A stretch of 32,000 nt of DNA from Salegentibacter sediminis (GTDB taxonomy: Bacteria; Bacteroidota; Bacteroidia; Flavobacteriales; Flavobacteriaceae): positions 157,922 through 189,921 of the forward strand of contig NZ_MSJR01000005.1 of NCBI RefSeq assembly GCF_002078605.1. The letters are read 5' to 3'. Both the position numbers and the translations under genes were made by a program. The notes below the pieces were generated by a model that saw only the letters and a program-made list of their open reading frames with translations, did not search any database and was not told where the DNA came from. Shown here in pieces: positions 25,368 through 32,000 of the stretch; the first letter of the stretch is position 1, and the number at the start of each line of letters is the position of its first letter.

Positions 25368-25553
25368 ATGAATGATGATCAGTTAGAAGGAAAATGGAAA
25401 CAAATTCGTGGAGAATTCAAACAAAAATATGGTAATCTTACCGATGACGATACCACATATTCTGAAGGTAAATTTGATGAAATGCTGGGAAGGATGCAGG
25501 AAAAAACCGGTAAGAATAAAGAAGAACTCAAAAGAGAGATTGATAAGTGGTGA
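25368..25553 (+). CDS. csbD: CsbD family general stress protein
   Basis: The 61-aa ORF contains LEGKWKQIRGEFKQKYGNLTDDD...GKFDEMLGRMQEKTG, the classic CsbD repeat signature. Confidence 0.85.
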   Translation: MNDDQLEGKWKQIRGEFKQKYGNLTDDDTTYSEGKFDEMLGRMQEKTGKNKEELKREIDKW

Positions 25554-25586
25554 TTTTTTGTTTAAAAGTTTGATTATTTAGAGAAT

Positions 25587-25617
25587 AAGGGCCGCACATT
25601 GTGCGGCCCTTTTTTTT
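25587..25617. terminator. Bidirectional rho-independent terminator (csbD / clpB)
   Basis: A perfect 9-bp GC-rich stem GGGCCGCAC (25589-25597) / GTGCGGCCC (25601-25609) encloses the loop ATT. It is followed by T8 on the plus strand and preceded by AA. It abuts the clpB stop at 25619. Confidence 0.85.
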
Positions 25618-25618
25618 A

Positions 25619-28225
25619 TTAATTGTGTTCTGCCAGGTTTTCCTGGTTTCTAAAAACCATCTCGTCATTAAATTCATCGAGTAAGATAATACTGTCGGTA
25701 TGAATTTTCCCGGCGAGTATTTCCTTTGAAAGTTTGTTTAGTACTTCCCGTTGTATCACCCGTTTCACAGGTCTGGCACCATACTGCGGATCGAAACCAC
25801 GATTCGCAAGGAAACTAATGGCTTCAGGAGTGGCGTCTAAAGTAATGTTCTGTTGAGACAGCATTTTCTTCACCCCGTTTAACTGAAGCTCCACAATTTT
25901 ATTGATGTCTTCCTGGGTTAGCGGGCTAAACATCACAATATCGTCTATCCGGTTTATGAACTCCGGTCTAATGCTTTGCTTTAAAAGCGCCAGGACTTCG
26001 TTTTTAGACATCTCCATCGCTGTGTCCATATCCTTGATAGTATCAAACTTCTCCTGGATAATATGGCTACCCATATTTGACGTCATTATGATAATGGTAT
26101 TTTTAAAATCGGCAAGCCGTCCTTTGTTATCGGTTAATCTACCTTCATCAAGAACCTGTAAAAGAATATTAAAGGTATCCGGGTGTGCTTTTTCGATCTC
26201 ATCCAGAAGAACCACAGAGTAAGGCTTACGACGTACGGCCTCAGTTAGTTGTCCGCCTTCATCGTATCCCACGTATCCCGGAGGAGCACCTACCAATCGG
26301 CTTACCGAATGCCTTTCCTGATATTCACTCATATCTATTCGAGTCATCGCTGCTTCATCATCGAAAAGGTATTCTGCCAGCGCCTTTGCAAGTTCGGTTT
26401 TACCAACCCCGGTGGTTCCCAGAAAAAGGAATGACCCTATTGGTCTTTTCTGGTCCTGGAGCCCTGCGCGACTTCTTCGCACCGCGTCACTTACCGCAAT
26501 AATGGCTTCTTCCTGTCCAACCACTCTCTTGTGAAGGTGATCTTCCAGTTTAAGTAGTTTTTCACGATCACTCTGTAACATTTTTGTTACCGGGATGCCG
26601 GTCCATTTCGCTACCACTTCCGCGATATCTTCCTGGGTTACTTCCTCCTGGATCAGGGATTTGCCTTCCTGTTTTTCGGCGACTTCCTGCTGAAGCTTCT
26701 CCAGGTTTTCCTGGGCTTCTTTGATCTTGCCATAACGTATTTCGGCTACTTTTCCATAATCACCATCGCGCTCGGCTTTTTCTGCTTCCAGCTTGAAATT
26801 TTCAATATCTGATTTTAGATTCTGAATATTATCTACTACCGTTTTTTCATTTTGCCAGCGAGCATTTAATTCGTTACGCTGCTCTTTTAATTCAGCGAGT
26901 TCAGAACGAAGAATTTTGAGTTTATTTTCGTCCTTTTCGCGTTTAATGGCTTCAATTTCGATTTCCAACTGCATAATTCTGCGATCAAGGACATCAAGTT
27001 CTTCGGGCTTGGAGTTGATCTCCATCCGAAGTTTTGAGGCAGCTTCATCCATAAGGTCAATAGCCTTATCTGGTAAGAAGCGGTTGGTGATATAGCGCTG
27101 CGATAATTCCACAGCTGCAATAATCGCTTCATCCATAATCCTCACCTTGTGATGAGTTTCATATTTTTCTTTAATTCCGCGTAGAATAGAAATTGCACTT
27201 TCGGTATCTGGCTCATCTACCGTTACCTTCTGGAAACGACGTTCCAGGGCTTTATCCTTTTCAAAATATTTTTGATACTCGTCCAGCGTTGTAGCACCAA
27301 TAGCTCTTAATTCCCCGCGGGCAAGGGCAGGTTTTAATATGTTGGCGGCATCCATAGCTCCCTGGCCTCCCCCGGCCCCAACGAGCGTGTGTATCTCATC
27401 TATGAACAGCACGATGTTACCTTCGCTTGAAGTAACCTCTTTTATCACCGCTTTTAGTCTTTCCTCAAATTCTCCTTTATATTTTGCGCCGGCGATAAGT
27501 GCCCCCATATCCAGGTTGTAAATCACCTTGTCCTTAAGGTTATCGGGAATATCTCCTGCAATTATTCGGTGGGCCAGTCCTTCTGCAATAGCGGTTTTAC
27601 CTGTACCCGGCTCTCCAACCAACATTGGGTTGTTTTTGGTACGGCGGGACAGGATTTGGAGTATTCGGCGAATCTCTTCGTCTCGTCCAATTACCGGATC
27701 CAATTTCCCCTCTTCTGCCATTTGGTTGAGGTTCTTGGCGTATTTATTAAGGGCGTTATAGGTGTCTTCTGCACTTTGGGAGGTTACTCTATCTCCTTTT
27801 CTCAATTCTTCAATTGCTGCTTTTAAGGCTTTTTCTGTGGCGCCCTGGTCCTTAAGAATCTGAGCCACTTTACTGGAAGATTTAAAGATTGCCAGGATTA
27901 AATGCTCGATGGAAACATATTCGTCATTCATCTTTTTAGCGATGATTGGCGCCTCATTTAGCGTTTTTCCTGCTTCGCGGGATAGCACTATATCTCCGCC
28001 GCTAACTTTGGGAAAACTCTCCAGAGTTTTTTCCAGGATATCGTTAAAGAGATTTACATTTATATTTAATTTCTTAAGCAAAAAAGGCGTTATATTTTCG
28101 TCAACCATGGTTATGGCTTTAAAAATATGTTCGTTCTCAATTTGCTGATGTCCTAATTCCTGAGCCAGCTGCTGAGCCTGCTGAATAGCCTCCTGCGATT
28201 TTATGGTAAAATTGTTGAAATTCAT
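25619..28225 (-). CDS. clpB: ATP-dependent chaperone ClpB (AAA+ disaggregase)
   Basis: The 868-aa ORF has a Clp N-domain, two AAA+ modules ([10 protein letters not shown] and [12 protein letters not shown] Walker A motifs), a long coiled-coil middle domain between them, and no ClpP-binding loop context. Confidence 0.97.
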   Translation of the reverse strand: MNFNNFTIKSQEAIQQAQQLAQELGHQQIENEHIFKAITMVDENITPFLLKKLNINVNLFNDILEKTLESFPKVSGGDIVLSREAGKTLNEAPIIAKKMNDEYVSIEHLILAIFKSSSKVAQILKDQGATEKALKAAIEELRKGDRVTSQSAEDTYNALNKYAKNLNQMAEEGKLDPVIGRDEEIRRILQILSRRTKNNPMLVGEPGTGKTAIAEGLAHRIIAGDIPDNLKDKVIYNLDMGALIAGAKYKGEFEERLKAVIKEVTSSEGNIVLFIDEIHTLVGAGGGQGAMDAANILKPALARGELRAIGATTLDEYQKYFEKDKALERRFQKVTVDEPDTESAISILRGIKEKYETHHKVRIMDEAIIAAVELSQRYITNRFLPDKAIDLMDEAASKLRMEINSKPEELDVLDRRIMQLEIEIEAIKREKDENKLKILRSELAELKEQRNELNARWQNEKTVVDNIQNLKSDIENFKLEAEKAERDGDYGKVAEIRYGKIKEAQENLEKLQQEVAEKQEGKSLIQEEVTQEDIAEVVAKWTGIPVTKMLQSDREKLLKLEDHLHKRVVGQEEAIIAVSDAVRRSRAGLQDQKRPIGSFLFLGTTGVGKTELAKALAEYLFDDEAAMTRIDMSEYQERHSVSRLVGAPPGYVGYDEGGQLTEAVRRKPYSVVLLDEIEKAHPDTFNILLQVLDEGRLTDNKGRLADFKNTIIIMTSNMGSHIIQEKFDTIKDMDTAMEMSKNEVLALLKQSIRPEFINRIDDIVMFSPLTQEDINKIVELQLNGVKKMLSQQNITLDATPEAISFLANRGFDPQYGARPVKRVIQREVLNKLSKEILAGKIHTDSIILLDEFNDEMVFRNQENLAEHN

Positions 28226-28406
28226 AGTCTAGATGTTTTTCTGGATTAAAGCAATACCTATACCACTGAAAAATAAAGACAAAATGACCGATATCTCTAA
28301 GAATCTACAGACAAAAAGTCATTTTAATTTAATTTTATGGAAAAATTTTTGAGATTTGGCGGGATATTAAAGTTATTAATAAATAGGATTAGAAAAAAGA
28401 AAAACT

Positions 28407-28799
28407 ATGGGATTATTTGATAAAATGTTTAAAAGTGAAAGGGAACTTGCCAAAGAAGAGTTGGAGAAAATCCCGTGGATATATATTACCGAAGATGGGG
28501 ATATAGAGGAATTGGAAAAACGCTCTTTCGAAAAACCGGTGATTATCTTTAAATATTCTACCCGTTGCGGAATTAACCGTATAACATTGCGCCAATTCGA
28601 AAAAGATTTGCCAGCGGAACCTGATTTTGCCTTCTATTTTATGGATCTCGTAAAATACAGGTCTTTATCGAACGAGATAGCCGATAAATTTGGAGTACGT
28701 CACGAAAGTCCGCAGCTAATTGTTCTTAAGGACGGAAAAGTTCTGCATCATAGTTCCCATCAGGAAATAAATGCCAAGGAATTATCGGAATATACCTAA
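28407..28799 (+). CDS. ytxJ: Bacillithiol system redox-active protein YtxJ (monothiol thioredoxin-fold, DUF2847)
   Basis: The 130-aa ORF contains VIIFKYSTRCGINR, which matches the conserved (K/H)STxC(x)IS single-Cys motif of YtxJ. The size and C-terminal SPQLIVLKDGKVLHHSSH also fit. Confidence 0.7.
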   Translation: MGLFDKMFKSERELAKEELEKIPWIYITEDGDIEELEKRSFEKPVIIFKYSTRCGINRITLRQFEKDLPAEPDFAFYFMDLVKYRSLSNEIADKFGVRHESPQLIVLKDGKVLHHSSHQEINAKELSEYT

Positions 28800-28882
28800 T
28801 TGGCTTTTTGCTGTTAAAAATGATATAATTCTTCAGGGGTTTCCGAATGCCTTTGTATCTTTTAATTTAAATCTGAAAAAAA

Positions 28883-29113
28883 ATGGCTAAAAAAGAAGAT
28901 ATCAGGAAATTGGAAGAAAACTGGAAACAGTTAAGAGAGGAAGAGAAAGAAAGGGAGAAAGATGAATTCCAGGACGGTTCTCAAAAGAAAAAGAATAAGA
29001 AGGAAAAGGCTGAGAGCGGGAAATCTGCCGATGAAATAGCCGCCGACCAGGACCGCCAGAAAGAGGAATTTATGGACCTGAAGCAGCAGAAAAAGAATAA
29101 AGACAAAAAGTAA
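28883..29113 (+). CDS. Small highly charged K/E-rich protein (76 aa), probably intrinsically disordered
   Basis: The ATG sits in an A-rich context (CTGAAAAAAAATG). The ORF has no hydrophobic core and is followed within 15 nt by a strong hairpin terminator. Low-complexity coding makes the call less certain. Confidence 0.5.
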   Translation: MAKKEDIRKLEENWKQLREEEKEREKDEFQDGSQKKKNKKEKAESGKSADEIAADQDRQKEEFMDLKQQKKNKDKK

Positions 29114-29126
29114 AAGTCTGAAAAAT

Positions 29127-29153
29127 AAAAAAGCCCGGTCTCCCGGGCTTTAA
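29127..29153. terminator. Bidirectional terminator (small K/E-rich gene / fahA)
   Basis: The stem AAGCCCGG (29131-29138) / CCGGGCTT (29143-29150) encloses the loop TCTC. On the minus strand it is followed by TTTTTTATTTTT. It lies 3 nt from the fahA stop (29156). Confidence 0.75.
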
Positions 29154-29155
29154 AA

Positions 29156-30445
29156 TTATTTCTTTTTTGGTTGAAAGACAGGGAGGAGTTTAGTCCTAAC
29201 TTCGCCAAAACCAATGCGACGGTCGCTGCCATTACAATACCCTCGCATAATTACCGTGTCGTTATCTTCGATGAATTTTCGTTCACTTCCATCTTTTAAT
29301 TTGATGGGTTTTTCACCTTTCCAGCTTAGTTCAAGCATAGAACCATAGGAATCGGGGGTGGGACCTGAAATAGTTCCTGAAGCCATCATGTCTCCAGAAT
29401 TCACCGGGCAACCGTTCACCGTGTGGTGAGCCAGTTGCTGACTCATATTCCAGTACATATATTTAAAATTTGATTTAGCCAGGAGATTTTCCTCGCCATT
29501 TTCAGGCTGAAGGGAAACCTCCAGGTGGATATCAAAACTTTTCTTTCCGCTACTTTTTAAATAGGGTAGGGGTTCTATTTCCGGTTTAGGGCTCTCAGTC
29601 CTGAAAGGATCCAGGGCATCTAAAGTGACTATCCAGGGAGAAATAGAAGAGGCAAAATTCTTTGCAAGGAACGGCCCAAGTGGGACGTATTCCCAGGTTT
29701 GCATATCTCTGGCACTCCAGTCGTTAAACATCACCATTCCAAAAATATAGTCTTCTGCTTCTTCAATAGGGATTGGTTCCCCAAGTACGTTGGCATCGGT
29801 GGTGATAAAAGCCATTTCCAACTCGAAATCCACACGCTGGGAAGGCCCGAAAACGGGTTTGTCTGAATCCTTTGGTTTGGTTTGTCCTTGTGGGCGGTGT
29901 ACCGGAATTCCGCTGGGAATAATCGATGAGCTTCTGCCGTGGTATCCTACAGGAATATGCAGCCAGTTTGGTAGTAATGCATTTTCAGGATCACGAAACA
30001 TGGTTCCTACATTGGTCGCGTGCTCTTTGCTGGAATAGAAATCGGTGTAATCACCAACCTGTACCGGCATTTGCATTTCAATCTCATCAAGGGTGAAAAG
30101 CACGGTTTGGCGGTGCTCTTTATGGTCTCTTAATTTTGGGTTCTCAGCATCAAAGATATCTGCGATGCGGTTTCGAACCAGGCGCCAGGTCTTCTTTCCG
30201 TCTGAAATAAAATCGTTTAAAGTATCTTGCAGGAATATATCATCGGTTAACGGAATTCCTTCGAAATAACCAAGTTGGTGCAGAGCTCCCAAATCTATGG
30301 CGTAATCCCCAATACGGGTGCCAATTGTAATTACATCATCCCGGGTTAAAAAGACTCCAAAAGGAATATTTTGGATCGGGAAATCGGTGTCTGCGGGAGT
30401 ATCCAGCCAGGTTTTTCTTTTAGGATCGTTAGCAGTAATAGACAT
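29156..30445 (-). CDS. fahA: Fumarylacetoacetase (tyrosine/phenylalanine catabolism)
   Basis: The 429-aa ORF has the FAA-hydrolase N-terminal domain (DFPIQNIPFGVF) and a C-terminal FAH fold (DFELEMAF, FGMVMFNDWSARD, SGDMMASGTISG). Confidence 0.9.
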   Translation of the reverse strand: MSITANDPKRKTWLDTPADTDFPIQNIPFGVFLTRDDVITIGTRIGDYAIDLGALHQLGYFEGIPLTDDIFLQDTLNDFISDGKKTWRLVRNRIADIFDAENPKLRDHKEHRQTVLFTLDEIEMQMPVQVGDYTDFYSSKEHATNVGTMFRDPENALLPNWLHIPVGYHGRSSSIIPSGIPVHRPQGQTKPKDSDKPVFGPSQRVDFELEMAFITTDANVLGEPIPIEEAEDYIFGMVMFNDWSARDMQTWEYVPLGPFLAKNFASSISPWIVTLDALDPFRTESPKPEIEPLPYLKSSGKKSFDIHLEVSLQPENGEENLLAKSNFKYMYWNMSQQLAHHTVNGCPVNSGDMMASGTISGPTPDSYGSMLELSWKGEKPIKLKDGSERKFIEDNDTVIMRGYCNGSDRRIGFGEVRTKLLPVFQPKKK

Positions 30446-30480
30446 ATATTTCTTGTTTTTTTGTTAAAATCTAATGCATC

Positions 30481-30488
30481 CAAATATA
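30481..30488 (-). promoter_or_regulatory. Candidate -7 box for fahA (TATATTTG on the minus strand)
   Basis: The plus strand reads CAAATATA, 35 nt upstream of the ATG at 30445. Confidence 0.35.
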
Positions 30489-30520
30489 TTATTTTCCTGT
30501 TATTAACCGAATGGATTTCT

Positions 30521-30528
30521 TACTTTTG
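30521..30528 (+). promoter_or_regulatory. Candidate -7 box for glyA (TACTTTTG)
   Basis: This is an exact TAnnTTTG match, 26 nt upstream of the ATG at 30555. Confidence 0.4.
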
Positions 30529-30554
30529 AGGAATATTTAACGTAAACAATTGTA

Positions 30555-31832
30555 ATGCAAGTAGACACAGAACTTTTTGATTTAATAACAGAAGAAAAAG
30601 AGCGTCAGTTAAATGGGTTGGAATTAATTGCCAGTGAGAATTTTGTGAGTGAACAGGTGATGGAAGCTGCCGGCTCTGTGCTTACCAATAAATATGCTGA
30701 AGGTTATCCTGGAAAACGCTATTACGGTGGTTGTGAGGTAGTAGATAAAGTAGAACAACTGGCCATAGACCGTGTGAAGGAACTTTTTGGGGCAGAATAT
30801 GCCAACGTGCAACCTCATTCAGGCTCTCAGGCCAATACCGCAGTTTATCATTCCTGTCTCAAGCCGGGAGACAAATTCCTTGGTTTTGACCTCTCTCACG
30901 GAGGGCACCTTACCCATGGCTCTCCCGTGAATTTCTCCGGAAAATTATATCAGCCCGTTTTTTATGGAGTAGATAAGGAAACCGGTAAAATAGATTACGA
31001 TCAGGTAGAGGAGATCGCTAAAAAGGAGAAGCCTAAAATGATTATTGCCGGTGCCTCGGCATATTCAAGAGAAATAGATTATAAAAGATTTCGTGAAATC
31101 GCTGATAGCGTAGGAGCTATTCTTTTTGCCGATATAGCGCATCCGGCGGGTTTGATTGCTAAAGGACTATTAAGCGACCCGCTTCCTCATTGTCATGTGG
31201 TTACTTCTACAACGCACAAAACCCTGCGTGGGCCTCGGGGAGGAATAATCCTGATGGGGAAAGATTTCGATAACCCATTTGGTGAAACCCTTAAAAACGG
31301 AAAACCCAAGAAGATGTCTTCAATCTTAAATTCTGCCATTTTTCCTGGAAATCAGGGTGGGCCGCTCGAGCATATTATCGCAGCAAAAGCGGTGGCATTT
31401 GGAGAAGCTCTTAGCGATGAGTTCCTGCACTATATGGTACAGGTAAAAAAGAACGCCGCTAAAATGGCCGCTGCCTTTGTTGAAAAAGGTTACAAGGTAA
31501 TTTCTGATGGAACCGATAACCATATGATGCTTATCGATATGAGAAATAAAGATGTTAGTGGAAAAGAAGCCGAAGAGGCGCTTGGTAAAGCTGAGATCAC
31601 CGTAAATAAAAACATGGTCCCCTTTGACGATAAATCTCCTTTTGTAACTTCAGGGATAAGAGTTGGTACTGCTGCAGTGACCACACGTGGGCTCACAGAA
31701 GAAGATATGCCTAAAATTGTAGATCTTATGGACCGGGTGATTTCTAATATTAATGACGATGCTGCTATTGAGAAAGTCAAAAACGAAGTTTTTGAACTTA
31801 TGAAAGGTCGCCCGCTTTTTAAGTGGGAGTAA
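30555..31832 (+). CDS. glyA: Serine hydroxymethyltransferase
   Basis: The 425-aa ORF contains [23 protein letters not shown] and the PLP-lysine motif [14 protein letters not shown]. Confidence 0.97.
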   Translation: MQVDTELFDLITEEKERQLNGLELIASENFVSEQVMEAAGSVLTNKYAEGYPGKRYYGGCEVVDKVEQLAIDRVKELFGAEYANVQPHSGSQANTAVYHSCLKPGDKFLGFDLSHGGHLTHGSPVNFSGKLYQPVFYGVDKETGKIDYDQVEEIAKKEKPKMIIAGASAYSREIDYKRFREIADSVGAILFADIAHPAGLIAKGLLSDPLPHCHVVTSTTHKTLRGPRGGIILMGKDFDNPFGETLKNGKPKKMSSILNSAIFPGNQGGPLEHIIAAKAVAFGEALSDEFLHYMVQVKKNAAKMAAAFVEKGYKVISDGTDNHMMLIDMRNKDVSGKEAEEALGKAEITVNKNMVPFDDKSPFVTSGIRVGTAAVTTRGLTEEDMPKIVDLMDRVISNINDDAAIEKVKNEVFELMKGRPLFKWE

Positions 31833-31849
31833 GATTAATTAACTTGTAT

Positions 31850-31904
31850 AAAAGCTTTTTGGAATTTCGTGAGCTCAGGCGGTTCGATTTTTCAAAAAGC
31901 TTTT
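31850..31904. terminator. Long inverted repeat downstream of glyA (possible shared terminator of convergent genes)
   Basis: A 12-bp perfect inverted repeat AAAAGCTTTTTG (31850-31861) / CAAAAAGCTTTT (31893-31904) is separated by a 31-nt spacer and followed by T-rich sequence. The long loop makes it atypical for an intrinsic terminator. Confidence 0.4.
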
Positions 31905-31928
31905 TTTATTTTCACTTATTTTGAAGCT

Positions 31929-32000
31929 TTACTGTTCAAAGATCTTTTTAAGATCTTCCGCTATTTTGGCAGGCTTTTGAATTTGTTTATCGATTAAAGC
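31929..32000 (-). CDS. Possible 3' end of a minus-strand gene entering from the right edge (product unknown)
   Basis: The reverse-complement reading frame is open from the window edge: ALIDKQIQKPAKIAEDLKKIFEQ, then TAA (31931-31929). Only 23 codons are visible. Confidence 0.25.
   Translation of the reverse strand, partial: ALIDKQIQKPAKIAEDLKKIFEQ

Noticed and set aside
25902-27826. Multiple 60-106-aa plus-strand ORFs inside clpB (for example 25902-26222, 26185-26502, 27528-27761).
   Set aside because: All are antisense shadows of a highly conserved 868-aa ClpB ORF. The relatively GC-rich clpB codons leave open antisense frames.
28337-28420. A 27-codon upstream ORF (MEKFLRFGGILKLLINRIRKKKNYGII) overlapping the ytxJ start in another frame.
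   Set aside because: It is short and AT-rich, and I cannot assess its conservation. There is no independent signal beyond an ATG. It is noted only as a possibility.
28981-29232. The 83-aa minus-strand ORF overlapping the K/E-rich gene and the fahA 3' end.
   Set aside because: It is the antisense of AAG/GAA-rich coding sequence (it translates to F/L/S runs), crosses a strong terminator hairpin and overlaps fahA out of frame.
30446-30554. A possible riboswitch (THF, ZTP or glycine class) upstream of glyA, and likewise a lysine riboswitch upstream of dapD (17825-17912).
   Set aside because: The spacers are only 109 and 88 bp, AT-rich, shared by two divergent promoters, and show no multi-stem structure. 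They are too short for those aptamers.
31861-31900. A GGTTCGA T-loop-like string suggesting a tRNA downstream of glyA.
   Set aside because: No acceptor, D or anticodon stems can be drawn around it. The available non-coding segment of about 55 nt is shorter than a tRNA.
1-32000. A window-wide search for CRISPR arrays, IS elements or transposases, integrases, phage genes, toxin-antitoxin pairs or recognisable defence-system genes.
   Set aside because: None of the ORF translations show such signatures (no DDE, tyrosine or serine recombinase motifs and no Cas-like proteins). The only repeats found are the short ones listed. The window looks like core chromosome rather than an accessory island.

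Overview
This window reads as a mostly housekeeping chromosomal stretch from a Flavobacteriia (Bacteroidota) genome. Supporting signs are a T9SS type-B sorting domain protein, DUF5606/DUF5916-type genes, recurrent TAnnTTTG -7 promoter boxes, A-rich rather than Shine-Dalgarno start contexts, and a moderately AT-rich sequence. I support about 31 protein-coding genes. Left to right they are: uvrB (5' part), a T9SS cargo protein, an ABC-2 exporter pair, a hypothetical protein with kinase-like motifs, an NdpA-like protein, a pRiA4b-ORF3-like protein, heme A synthase, a tRNA nucleotidyltransferase-family protein and tsaC. A six-gene LPS-core-type glycosyltransferase/kinase cluster follows. After it come dapD, ruvX, def, a DUF5606 protein, smpB, a lipoprotein/phosphatase/phytase-like/DUF5916 group, csbD, clpB, ytxJ, a small K/E-rich protein, fahA and glyA. 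I found no rRNA, tRNA, CRISPR array, transposase/integrase or phage genes. I do not see a convincing new multi-gene system and say so plainly. The most defensible non-routine observations are four. (1) A roughly 170-bp degraded copy of the 3' end of the phytase-like gene (24142-25242) sits at 21372-21545 and carries an in-frame stop. (2) An uncharacterised 355-aa protein carries a protein-kinase-like motif series. (3) An AT-rich LPS-core locus has two paralogous GT2 genes bracketing a Kdo/LPS-kinase-like gene, and tsaC overlaps the end of one of its glycosyltransferase operons. (4) An ABC-2 exporter lies directly upstream of a T9SS type-B cargo gene. All functional calls come from reading the translated ORFs and motifs by eye. 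No database search was run.
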